A stretch of DNA of 64,000 bases from Basidiobolus meristosporus CBS 931.73 (lineage: Eukaryota > Fungi > Basidiobolomycota). The notes under the pieces are model-generated. The model saw only the letters and a list, made by a program, of their open reading frames with translations, had not been told where the DNA came from and did not search any database. The position numbers and the translations under genes were made by a program. The stretch lies in the NCBI GenBank assembly GCA_002104905.1, contig MCFE01000060.1:62001-126000 (forward strand). The letters are read 5' to 3'. Positions 34,643-45,040 of this stretch are shown in pieces (position 1 is the first letter of the stretch; every line of letters starts with the position of its first letter).

Positions 34643-36217
34643 TTATATCCACCGTGCTAGAATAGGATCAGGCAAAAGCTCCAACTTATTCAGCATTCCT
34701 AATAATGGCTTGGCATCAACCTCCAGTGTGAAGTGTACTCCTAATAAGTATGGCTTTAGCTTTTTGAGTACATAGAGTACTCCCAGTGCTTCTTTCTTGA
34801 TAGATGGATAGTTAAGCTCATTCCCTTTGAATAGTCTGCTAAGATATTTGCAAGGTTGTTGATGATGATCTTTTGAAACTTGAATCATGATTCCACCAAC
34901 CCCGATTCCAGAGCTATCAACTGATACAATGATTGGTTGTGAATCAATAACACTGTAGTCTATAGTTGCTAAGACAGGTGGCTTTGATAATGACTCAAGC
35001 AATGTCCACATAGCATTTGCCTGTTCTTCATGCCATTCAAATTTCTGGTTTTTCTGTAATAACTGAGTCAGTGGCTTAGCAATTTGAGCATAGTTCTTGA
35101 TCCAGATTCTGAATAGACCAGTAAGTCCTAATAATTGTCTGACTTGATGAATATTCCTTGGTGGCTTCCAATTCAGTGCCGATGAAAGTTTTGCAGGATC
35201 AGGCAATCTCCCTTTTTCAGTAACAAGTTCACCTAGAATGATTGCTTTGTCGTAGCCAAACTTGCATTTGGCTCCTGATACAGTCAGACCAGAAGCTTGA
35301 AGTTTCTTCATGACCCTCTCAACTGTGCTTATGTGATCATAAACATATCTTCTTACTTGAGGTAAGACATGCAATGTATCTTTTTCTCTGGACTTATTCT
35401 TAACTGCAATGTCATCAAGAAATGGTTGGCATATTTCAGGGAAACAGTCATCCAAAACTTGAATCATTGCACATTGATAATTTTGGACAGAGTTTGTCCA
35501 TCCTTGAGGAATTCTTGTCATCCTTATGAGTCCTATTGGTGTATCCATAGCGGTGAAATCTCTTGAGGTAGGATCCAGAAGTATTTGGTCATATCCTGAA
35601 TAAAGATCCAATGTTGTAATCAGAGGATATCCAGTAAATGACTCAATATACTCATGTTGTATGGGTGGTTGCATAGCATCTTTGATGGTGACCTTATTCA
35701 AATGCTGTACGTCTTGAATAAACCGTAGACTTCCATTTTTCTTCAACGGTGTAAACCAGGGATTGCGATAAGGTCCATAGCTATATTCAATGACTCCACT
35801 TTGAAATCTTGATTGTAGCATTTCAATTACTTTGTTCAGTAATCTTGAGGGAATAGGATATGATCTCAGTGCCCATGGTGTATGTTCAACGGTATGGATC
35901 TTAACCGGTGGAAATAGCTCTGTGGATAAACATCCTCTTTGTGCATCATTAAATGCAAAGACATTGTCATAGCGTTGTAGCATAGTCAAAAAGAGACTTC
36001 TCTCCTCAGTGGAAAGAGTAGTCCCAATAGCCAACTCCTTGAGCTTCTCTTCTGTGAGTCTGATTTTGTCATATTTGTGCAAAGGCTCCATTTGAGGATT
36101 GTTGTGGGCAGATGGTGATATTCCAGTAGATACTGGCTTTGCTTTCAATGCAACTGGCTTATACTTAGTATTTGTCTTACTTGTTGTCGATGGAATGAAG
36201 TGTTGATCATAAAACAA
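34643..36217 (-). CDS. pol: Reverse transcriptase-RNase H of F copy 1
   Basis: LDLYSGYDQ, TRIPQGWTNS, PFLDDIAV, VSVDSSGIGVGG, KEALGV, EVDAKPL. Confidence 0.9.
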   Translation of the reverse strand: MFYDQHFIPSTTSKTNTKYKPVALKAKPVSTGISPSAHNNPQMEPLHKYDKIRLTEEKLKELAIGTTLSTEERSLFLTMLQRYDNVFAFNDAQRGCLSTELFPPVKIHTVEHTPWALRSYPIPSRLLNKVIEMLQSRFQSGVIEYSYGPYRNPWFTPLKKNGSLRFIQDVQHLNKVTIKDAMQPPIQHEYIESFTGYPLITTLDLYSGYDQILLDPTSRDFTAMDTPIGLIRMTRIPQGWTNSVQNYQCAMIQVLDDCFPEICQPFLDDIAVKNKSREKDTLHVLPQVRRYVYDHISTVERVMKKLQASGLTVSGAKCKFGYDKAIILGELVTEKGRLPDPAKLSSALNWKPPRNIHQVRQLLGLTGLFRIWIKNYAQIAKPLTQLLQKNQKFEWHEEQANAMWTLLESLSKPPVLATIDYSVIDSQPIIVSVDSSGIGVGGIMIQVSKDHHQQPCKYLSRLFKGNELNYPSIKKEALGVLYVLKKLKPYLLGVHFTLEVDAKPLLGMLNKLELLPDPILARWI

Positions 36218-38127
36218 AATATCCTTATGAACCTGTATGTTTTGTACTGGAATGGTGTCTGCATTTCTTGGATTATTCTCTTCTGCTGCACAAAAGGTTG
36301 CCCTTCTTTTTGATCGTCAGATGTGATTGTCAGCCATAAGCTTCCATCAGGTCTATTATCAGCTTGTAGAAGAGATTTTCTCTCATATGGTCGTCCCAAC
36401 AATACCTCAAAAGTGGGTCCATTGGCAACAATGAAAAAGGGAGAAGTAACCCTGATTCCTCCAATTTCAATTGGTACAGAGTGACAAAGTCCAAGCATCT
36501 TCTCTGTTGCACCTGTAGCAGTTCTCATATTCCAGTCAACTTCTGTCGATGGCAATTTGATTTTTTCAAAAGTCATAGCGGTGATAGCATTGATTTCTGA
36601 TCCAGAATCAAAAACACATTCCACTTCAACATTGCTGATTGTAGCAGCATAGCTTCCTGTTGTTATAGAGTAAAAGGCTTTTTCCACTTCAAATCGTAGT
36701 TGTTCACTTGATAACGTTGTTGATGACTGTTCTTGATAATTCTTCAGGATATCTTTGTTCATAGGCTTAACCATTTCTGGTAGTAGTTGACTGAGATTGT
36801 TGATGGCGGTGAACATTTCTTGATTTGTAAGTTGTGGAAATGGAGATTTCCAGAATTTGTCGATAACTTTCTGTGTAATTGCAGTAGTGTCATACTTAGA
36901 TTGAGGTTGCAAGTGTTCTTTTTGGATTTTTGATGTTTCTGGCTGTACTGGTATTTCAACAATTGGCTGATTTCTTTTGTTGGTACACACTTTTTTAGGA
37001 TTGTTCTCTGTAGAAACATACTTTCTCTTATCAATAAGGCAATTAAACTCTTCAACTTCCTCTTTTTCCATTAGATATTCTTGGACCTGCCCTGATGGAT
37101 CTGATATTGTGAGTACGTAACGTTCATTGCTTGGAATTTCTGCAGTCTTTTGGATTTGTATGAAATTTGATGTCTTGGTGCTTTTACTTGATTCTTCTTG
37201 AGCAAGTACATAGGACCTCATTCCACCATAACCTCTGTTGATAGGCAAGGGGTTTCCAGCAATATCACAGATCTTCCCATAACGATCAATCATAACCTTA
37301 TGACTGTCAATATCAATATTCAATATTTGACAACCATAACGGCTATGCTCAGCAGATTCACAGTACACACAATATTTGGTTTGCTGTGGATAATTACTGG
37401 TTGTTTTGGGATTTTCTGGTCTTGCCTTGTTGATGCTTGATGATGGTACACTTTGAGAGTCCAACTTAAGCGTCAGTTTTCCTAATGCATCAATTAATTC
37501 ATTAACCTGATCACTTTGTGGGTTATTTGTACGATGAAGAATTTGTTTAGCTGGAGTGGAAATCTTCATTTGAATATTAATGGAATCCATGACTTGTCTC
37601 CCTGATTGATAGTTTAACACCATTTGTTTAACATTGTCGTAGGAGCTTGTAGCCTGAACTTGGTGGCTAATGGCATTACGTATTTCAGGAGGCATATTCA
37701 TCAGAAAATAGTTTCTTTGATAAAATCTTGGAATTCCAATAGCTGCTTCAACATGCCTTGCTTTTGACTCAAACTTTTGAATGTACTTCTGCAAGGGTTG
37801 GGTCTTGTTGTAAGGCATTTCTAGCTCATTTAGTGTAACAAACTGTGCTTCTTTTTGGTATTCAGCTAAAATAGCTTGTTGAGCAGTGTCCCAGTTATAG
37901 TTAGCGCCAACAGATATCTTAAATGGGTCCAAACTTTGTAAGAATCTTGATACTTCAACTTCACAGAGAAAGGGAAACAACTGGATTTTGTTCTTGTGTG
38001 ATAGCTCAAATGCTGCAGCTATATTGTTAAACTCTTCTAGAAACTCAGTAACATTCTCTCCTGAGAATTTTACTGGAATGGCACCTTTAAAAGTGGCTAT
38101 TAACTCTGGGAGTGGTGTATTGGTCAT
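36145..38127 (-). CDS. gag: Gag, DUF4100-like region and aspartic protease of F copy 1
   Basis: KFSGENVTEFLEEF; CVYCESAEHSRYGC...GGMR (DUF4100-like); VFDSGSEIN, VLLGRPY. Separated from RT by a 1-nt deletion in an A-run near 36308 relative to copy 2. Confidence 0.85.
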   Translation of the reverse strand: MTNTPLPELIATFKGAIPVKFSGENVTEFLEEFNNIAAAFELSHKNKIQLFPFLCEVEVSRFLQSLDPFKISVGANYNWDTAQQAILAEYQKEAQFVTLNELEMPYNKTQPLQKYIQKFESKARHVEAAIGIPRFYQRNYFLMNMPPEIRNAISHQVQATSSYDNVKQMVLNYQSGRQVMDSINIQMKISTPAKQILHRTNNPQSDQVNELIDALGKLTLKLDSQSVPSSSINKARPENPKTTSNYPQQTKYCVYCESAEHSRYGCQILNIDIDSHKVMIDRYGKICDIAGNPLPINRGYGGMRSYVLAQEESSKSTKTSNFIQIQKTAEIPSNERYVLTISDPSGQVQEYLMEKEEVEEFNCLIDKRKYVSTENNPKKVCTNKRNQPIVEIPVQPETSKIQKEHLQPQSKYDTTAITQKVIDKFWKSPFPQLTNQEMFTAINNLSQLLPEMVKPMNKDILKNYQEQSSTTLSSEQLRFEVEKAFYSITTGSYAATISNVEVECVFDSGSEINAITAMTFEKIKLPSTEVDWNMRTATGATEKMLGLCHSVPIEIGGIRVTSPFFIVANGPTFEVLLGRPYERKSLLQADNRPDGSLWLTITSDDQKEGQPFVQQKRIIQEMQTPFQYKTYRFIRIFCFMINTSFHRQQVRQILSISQLH

Positions 38128-38194
38128 TCTTGTAACGTTTCTTGATGCTTGTATAGTGAAAGGTTCAAACTACCCAGGTCCTCCACCAAATTCT

Positions 38195-38913
38195 TGTTGT
38201 GTTGTATTATGATTAGTTTGGGGCTTGTTCTACAATGTAGAGGCTAATCAACAATATACAACAACTTCCAGTATGCAAATACTGAAATAGTTTATTGGGA
38301 GTTTGATATACCGATAGAAGATATAACTTTCACTAATTTCCTCAATCTTGGGCTCAAAATATACTGTAGGCAGTGTTTATCACTTCTACAGCAGTGTTCT
38401 GACCTTCTGTCAATTAATGGGCTTATTTACTTTTATAGTAACTTTTCCTTATTTGGAAGTCACTTTCCTTTCTGAGAAACTATTTCCTAATATGGAAATT
38501 CTGAACTCCCCTTTACTCTAAAGACACCCCTTTAGACACCCCTTTAGGTCTAAAGACCCCTTTAGAGACTTCTACAACACACCCCTTTAGGTTAAAGGGA
38601 AGTTCAGAATTTCCATATTAGGAAATATTTTCTCAGAAAGGAAAGTGACTTCCAAATAAGGAAAAGTTACTATAAAAGTAAATAAGCCCATTAGTCAACA
38701 GAAGGTCAGAACACTGCTGTAGAAGTGATAAACACTGCCTACAGTATATTTTGAGCCCAAGATTGAGGAAATTAGTGAAAGTTATATCTTCTATCGGTAT
38801 ATCAAACTCCCAATAAACTATTTCAGTATTAGCATACTGGAAGTTGTTGTATATTGTTGATTAGCCTCTACATTGTAGAACAAGCCCCAAACTAATCATA
38901 ATACAACACAACA
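38195..38913. repeat. LTR-derived palindrome (~320-bp near-identical arms, ~75-bp spacer)
   Basis: 38195-~38515 is the reverse complement of ~38590-38913; both arms are the U5 end of LTR F. Confidence 0.9.
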
Positions 38914-40822
38914 GTTCCACAACTTTGGTGGGAACCCAACTGCTTTATGCCACTGTCCATTCACTGGTTCCCACACATCTGGGTCTTTAGCCGGCACTGC
39001 AAGGTCTAGCTCCTCATCTGTCAGTCTTTGCAATAAATCCTTTCAATATTCCAGTGCATTTTCTTAAGCACTGCTCTTGAAGAAGTACTGCAACCTCTTG
39101 GTGTGCCTATCAATGTTCCAAAACTCCACTGAAGGCATTGTGATAGTCTTTTGAGCTCTTGACATTGTAGCCTTGTCTGTCAGTGGGATCTCCACTCTGT
39201 CAACAACAGAGGCTGTGGAGGCTGTGGTAGACAAATTGCCTTTTTCAGCAAGCTCATCTACCTTGATGGAGTGTAGCTCAACTGGCTGCGCTTCAACTCT
39301 TGTGAAAACAGCGGTTTTCTTGTTGGTAATTCTTCTTGGCTGTGATGGGATTCAGTCTGTTCCTGGCTTGTGGTGTTAATTGGCAAGAACTGCAGTTTTT
39401 TTGCATGCCTCCCTGTCTCAGGCTTGGGTAGACATTTTCCCTTTACCTTTTCCTTCATCACTGCCAGGTCTTTCACTGCTACTTTGTCTGAGTGCTTCTT
39501 GTAAAGAACTACATTTTCTCCTGGATAAATTCTGCTCTGACAAATCTGTTTTGGCCTGCTTGTCCCTTGCTGGCACTCTTCTGGCAGCCTGGCATTTCTT
39601 TTCTGCTTGTTTTGAGCTCTCAACCATAGTTGTGACAGGCTCCTGTAAGTGCGGCTGGCTATTATCACTGCCAGGTCCTTCACTGCTACTTTGACTGGGT
39701 GCCTCTTGAGTGGTACTACACTTTTTCCTTGATAAATGTTGTGCTGGTGCATCTGTGTCTGCCTACTTGTCCCTAATGAGCACTCTTCCAGCTACCTGAC
39801 GTCTGTTTGATGCTTGTCTGGAGCTTTTGGCCCTGCTTGTAATGGGCTCTTGAGGAAGCCACTGGTTTTCAGCCATGGCACCCCTGTTCTTCTGCCTTTG
39901 ATAGTTTCTGCTATTATTAAGATACTTTCTTATCATATCAATGCTGACCCAAAATCTGTTTGCCTGTTTGAATCCAGGACAATGCTCATGGAACAAGTCA
40001 TGTTCATTCTGCTTGGCCTTGAGTTCCTGATGGTCTCATGGTATGCCAGCCTTGAGGTGATGGCATGCTATACTCTGACAGCCTCTTGAATATTAGCCCA
40101 CTCTTCATTATTGCACTCAACAGTCTCATGGATCTTTAATGTCTTTTGATTTTAGGCTTTGGTATAAACATCACATTGTCTCCCTCTCATGCTGTGATAG
40201 GTTTTTCTGTGGGCTTTATCTTTGGGCCCTGTTGTTGAGCTTCAAAGACTGTACAGTGTACTTCTGCTGTTATATTGGGAAACAGCCCAATTCTTGGCTG
40301 TGACATTGAGCTACTTGAGTTCCTTCTTTGCAGCAAAGACACTGCTTTCTCTACCTGGGATATTAATTGCTCTACATGTATTATCTGCTCATCCTGTTTC
40401 TGGACTATTTCCTGATTTCTCTGGGCCATTGTATATATTCTATCTGCCACTGCACCTAATTGCTTCATTAATGCTTTGGTATGAGCTGACAGCATACTTG
40501 CTAATATGGGTGGCAGTGATGTTATCATTGCCACTTGCTGATCTTCAACTGAGGGTACTGCATTTGCTATATTCTCATCTGCCTGAGCATAATGGTCAGC
40601 TTGTGGCTATGCAGAGGCTCTCAATTGCCCACTTCACTGAGAGCCTGAGGAGTCCACATTATTACCTTCAATGAGCACACTATCCACAGGGCCTTTTTTG
40701 GATGTAGCCCCACTTGTTGCACTGAATGTCAAAGCAAGCTGTTGTCCAACCATTCTTCTGTTGCCATCAGTGGTGGGGTTTGGTTGAGAACCAGACAACT
40801 TTGCTTTATTTTTTGGCAGCAT
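38914..40822 (-). pseudogene. Accessory ORF of the CACTA element, divergent from the transposase; coiled-coil and ~69-aa internal duplication
   Basis: Pieces MLPKNKAK..., KQLGAVADRI...QLISQVEKAVSLLQRRNSS, IRNSRPSRM. Paralogs at 55230-55975 and 56500-58098 are also next to CACTA sequence. Confidence 0.55.
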
Positions 40823-41044
40823 CTTTATGGAAGTGAGTCAAACAAAAGGGGAAATAGTGTTATATATACATGTGTATGTGGTACCACAACTTTATTTATA
40901 ATGCTTACTATGGCAGATCATCATTGAATCTTTCATTCATATAGGTGCAATGTCTCAAATACAAGACTGTCTTAAGTTCACATGAGTATTGACCAAAAAG
41001 TGATATAGCAGCATTACATTGTTCAAGGTCAAACTGTTTGCCCC

Positions 41045-41779
41045 ATGGACAATACTACTTTGACTCGATGCTGTAGGAGAAGAGAAAAAAGACCATGTGG
41101 CTATTGTGGCAAGCCTCTCAGCCATGAAGCACGCAGACAGCATAGGAAGTATTACCAGGATCATGGCCAGTGTTTTGCCACCCAAGTCATATCTGACCAT
41201 TCATTGGTAACTACTGTACCAACATTATCTTGCCAGCCAGATGATACTTCTACATTGGCACCTGGCTGTCTTTGTCACCTTGCACAAACTGAGTCAGGTG
41301 AGTGTGTGATGCCTTTAGGCTCACCTCAACCTTCTGAGTATGGCACAGAGAGTAAAAGCTCTGACAAAGAAGGTTCACTGATGGATTTTGAGCCTATCTC
41401 CCCTAACAACAGTACCACATATGAGCCCAGTCAAATCCCTATATGCAATGAGACAGCACCCATTGAAACAAATGCCAAGGATACTTTATGGAGCCAAGTG
41501 AGCCCAGTAATCCATCTACTGGTGAATGATGTAATGTTGTGGCTAGAGAAGTGGCGTGTCTCCACTAAAATCAGTAATGGGGGCTTTGAGGATTTTAACT
41601 ACTTCTTACCAAAATCATACTGGGATGCAACTTACCATGTATATGGTACAAGTGGACAACCATCATGCAGCTGGCAACATATGATCCAGAGATTGTCCTG
41701 ACTCCAGCATGTGTTAACAGTTGCATGGCATTCACATCCAAAAATGCTACCATTGCAACATGTCCAAATTGTCTTGAGT
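41045..41779 (+). pseudogene. CACTA transposase N-terminus
   Basis: RPCGYCGK...H; ACVNSCMAFTSKNATIATCPNC matches the Tnp2 C..SC..F...CP.C motif; paralog of 26540-26677. Confidence 0.7.
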
Positions 41780-43688
41780 AATAATAATGTGTGTGAGTAA
41801 TGCAGTAAATGCCTTGGATCTTACACATTCAACAGCAGTACCACCCATTGAGCCCAAAAAAGCCATTTATCTTGCTGATGGCTGGGGTATCTTGTTGTGT
41901 TGTATTATGATTAGTTTGGGGCTTGTTCTACAATGTAGAGGCTAATCAACAATATACAACAACTTCCAGTATGCTAATACTGAAATAGTGTATTGGGAGT
42001 TTGATATACCAGTAAACAATATAACTTTCACTAATATCCTCAATCTTAGGCTCCAAATGTACTATAGGCAGTGTTTCTCACTTCTACAGCAGTGTTCTGA
42101 CCTTCTGTCAGCTAATAGGCCTATTTACTTTTATAGTAGCTTCTCCTTATTTGGAAGTCACTTTCCTTTCAGAGAAAATATTTCCTAATATGGAAATTCT
42201 GAACTCCCCTTTAAACTAAAGGGGTGCATTGTAGAAGTGTCTGAAGGGTCTTACAACCTAAAGGGGTGTCTTTAGAGTAAAGGGGCTTCTTGTAGTGGTC
42301 TCCAAAGTGAACTTTACACTAAAGGGGTGCCTAAAGAGGCTTCTTGAGAGTAAAGGGGTCTCTTGAAGAGGTCTCTAAAGGGGTGTTTAAAGGGGTGTCT
42401 ACAGGGGTGTCTTTGGTGTAAAGGGGCTTCTTAGCAGGGACTTTTCCAACAGAAAAGTGGCAGTTTCTTTTAGAACTTAGATTGGATTCTTGTGCACTTT
42501 GCAGTCTCTTTACTGATATAGTACTGATGAAAGTCAGAATACTCAACAGTGCAAGTGATGCAGGGGAAGTCTTATGACCCTTAAACTTGTAATTGTAGTG
42601 TGGTGATTCTGGAAAGAGAGGCACTTTGTATTTTTTCAGCTGGGGAAGTCATATATTTAAAACCTCTGAAGGATCAAAGTTTTTGGGTAATTGCGGAAGA
42701 AATACATATGATATAAGGCTAAGACTTTGCAGTGGTACAGATCAGAGATGGGCGCAGCACCTGTAATAATCTCACATGACTTGATGGGCTGGTTAAAAAG
42801 TTACATGCAATCAAAGTCACCATAGTAATCCTAGCAGTAGAGACCTTGTATATATAATAATTGGACTCTTTTGGTCATAACTCCTTAAGTACTGCTTCAA
42901 ATGAGCTGTAATCTGAAGCATGTGTTGGCTACTGCATGTTCTGTATGACATAATATTCTTGGGTGGACTGCTTGTCATGGTCTGGAGTATTTGTCCTTCA
43001 AGATTGGAATTTCTTGAATAATGCTCTCATTATTACTTCTGATATGGAACTTCTTCAATCTGTTACCAGGTTGTGCCAGTGCAAGTGGTGTACCACTAAG
43101 TTCTGCTATTTTTTAAGATCCATTTTTGTTTGCATATATGATCTTGTAAGGACCTTGCCATTGCATATCTAGCTTGGATGCCTTGTGTCTCTGACTCTTG
43201 GTGTTGTGAAGTAGTATCTGTCATGATCACATGACAACCATGAACACCCATGACAAGTTTCAGCTTCCTAGCTCAATTTCTAAGAGATTCCTTGTGGAAC
43301 CTTCTACCACCTTCCAGAAAGTTCCTGACCATTCCAAACCCTTGTTACACAAAGTAACATTCCATGGAAGCTTCCCATCATATTTTTCATAGTCCAGTAC
43401 CATTTATGGTAATACCAGGTCACATGACTTAGTCACATGATCAGGTGACCCAATCCATATCCCCATCCTGTCTCAGTGCCTTGCCTTCTATATTATTATC
43501 CCCAGCACATTGCTGTGCCTCACCCCACAACCCCATTAGTATTAGCCAATATCTCTTGGCATCAGTATAACCAAAAAGTATATATGGTCCTATTGCCCCT
43601 TAAGTATTTCTCAGTCTGATAAACACAGGTCTTGAATAAACAGCCTTGCCTAACCCTACTCTCCTGCCTTGTGTCTATTCATAACAGT

Positions 43689-43699
43689 TTTATCAGACT
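43689..43699 (+). promoter_or_regulatory. Self-priming PBS complementary to LTR 43613-43623
   Basis: TTTATCAGACT is the exact reverse complement of AGTCTGATAAA, which lies ~30 nt after a TATATAT box (~43579-43585). Confidence 0.75.
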
Positions 43700-44092
43700 C
43701 TCCTGACTTACCTGTGGATCCCTGCCTTCTGCCCAAAGTTTGAAGAAAACCTGTAAAAGGAATACTCACCGTAAGTATCACCCATCATCTTTCCCTAGTC
43801 ATGTCCTATAAAGGCAAAGATACTTTATCTTTGTAAAACTATTGGTCAAAGCTGCATTCACTTTATTACCCTGCTGGTGGAGTTTACAGCTGTTACAGTA
43901 TTGGAAGCTTTAGTACAATGCTATATCAAAGGACATTGAAACCAGTACCTTCTGAAGTGACACTAACTTATTTAAGCTGGGGATTGTGGCTCAATAGTAG
44001 TATTCTTGACAAACTAGTGGCTTTAAAAACCCACAATCTAGTTTAGTATATTCCAGTATTCCTTGCAAGTTCATCTGCCTTCCTCTGCTACC

Positions 44093-45004
44093 ATGTCCAA
44101 CCTAGAGCTGAACTTTGCCCAGCTCATGGCTGCCTTTACCCAACTGCAGCAAGACCATGCAGACCTAAGAAACACTCTTGCTCAGATCCAGAACCAAAGT
44201 GTCCAGCAAACTAGCCATGTCCCAGTCTACCAAGAACCCAAGTATACTCCTGCTACCAAGTTCAATAGCTCTCAGAATGAATTCCATGGCTTCATCAACA
44301 TGGTGAAGAACAATCTTGCACTCCAGCCCAACTAGTACCCCACTGACCAGGCCAAAGTTGGTTTGATCTCCAACCTGCTTACTGGTATAGCACTCAAGTG
44401 GTTCTCCTCATTAGTGGAGGCCAACTCTCCCCTCCTCAGAGACTACCAAGCTTTTCTCACTGAAATGGAGCTAACATTTGGTAACCTTGACCAAGCCAGA
44501 ACTGCTGCCAACAAGATCAAGACCCTCAAACAAGGGAACAAACCAGCATCAGTCTATGCCTCAGAATTCTGACAACTCTCCAGTGACCTCAGCCCCTGGG
44601 GTCAAGCAGCCTTGATATGCCAATTCCAAGATGGCCTTAATGATGAAGTTTGTGATCTGCTACTCACACTCCCAGATCCCAATACATTGGTTGAAGCTTT
44701 GCACCAAGCAATCCGGTGTAATAATAGACTATTCCAGAAGAAGCAAAAGAACCGTCATAGACATATTCCTGTTGCAGTCCCAGCCCCTCCTGCTCCCCAA
44801 GTCACTCCAGAAGATCCTATGCAGATTGATAGTGCCAAATACAAGAAACTATCAAAGAGTGAAAAGTCCAGACATCAACAAGCCAACCTTTGTCTATACT
44901 GTGGCCAACCAGGTCACTTTGCCAAGTCCTGCCCCAACAAGATGTCCAGCTTCAAGCTGATGCAGTCCTCCAGTAACCAACCTGATTCAGATCTGTTGGG
45001 AAAC
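44093..45004 (+). pseudogene. gag: Chromovirus J gag with CCHC knuckle (2 in-frame stops)
   Basis: LLTGIALKWF, KIKTLKQG.KPASVYASEF, QFQDGLN, PMQID, CLYCGQPGHFAKSC. Confidence 0.85.
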
Positions 45005-45040
45005 TCCAATATCCAGTTGCACTGCCAGGCTTGCAACTGG
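44998..45040 (+). promoter_or_regulatory. -1 programmed ribosomal frameshift signal
   Basis: G GGA AAC slippery heptamer in gag phase, 8-nt spacer, 9-bp stem CCAGTTGCA/TGCAACTGG. The -1 frame runs open into the protease ORF. Confidence 0.75.

Larger units (their letters stand above)
31940..38913 (-). mobile_element. Ty3/gypsy family F copy 1 (DUF4100-type), near-intact; 5' LTR rearranged into a palindrome
   Basis: 3' LTR 31940-33182 (1243 bp), PPT TAGGGGAGACT next to 33183, PBS TGGTGGAGGACC (~38177-38188), domain order gag-PR-RT-RH-INT. Confidence 0.9.

Noticed and set aside
38162-38188. tRNA gene (GGTTCAAA...CTCCACCA resembles a T-arm plus CCA end)
   Set aside because: The spacing is 2 nt too long for a tRNA 3' half and no D or anticodon arm is present. 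It is the reverse complement of the F PBS region.
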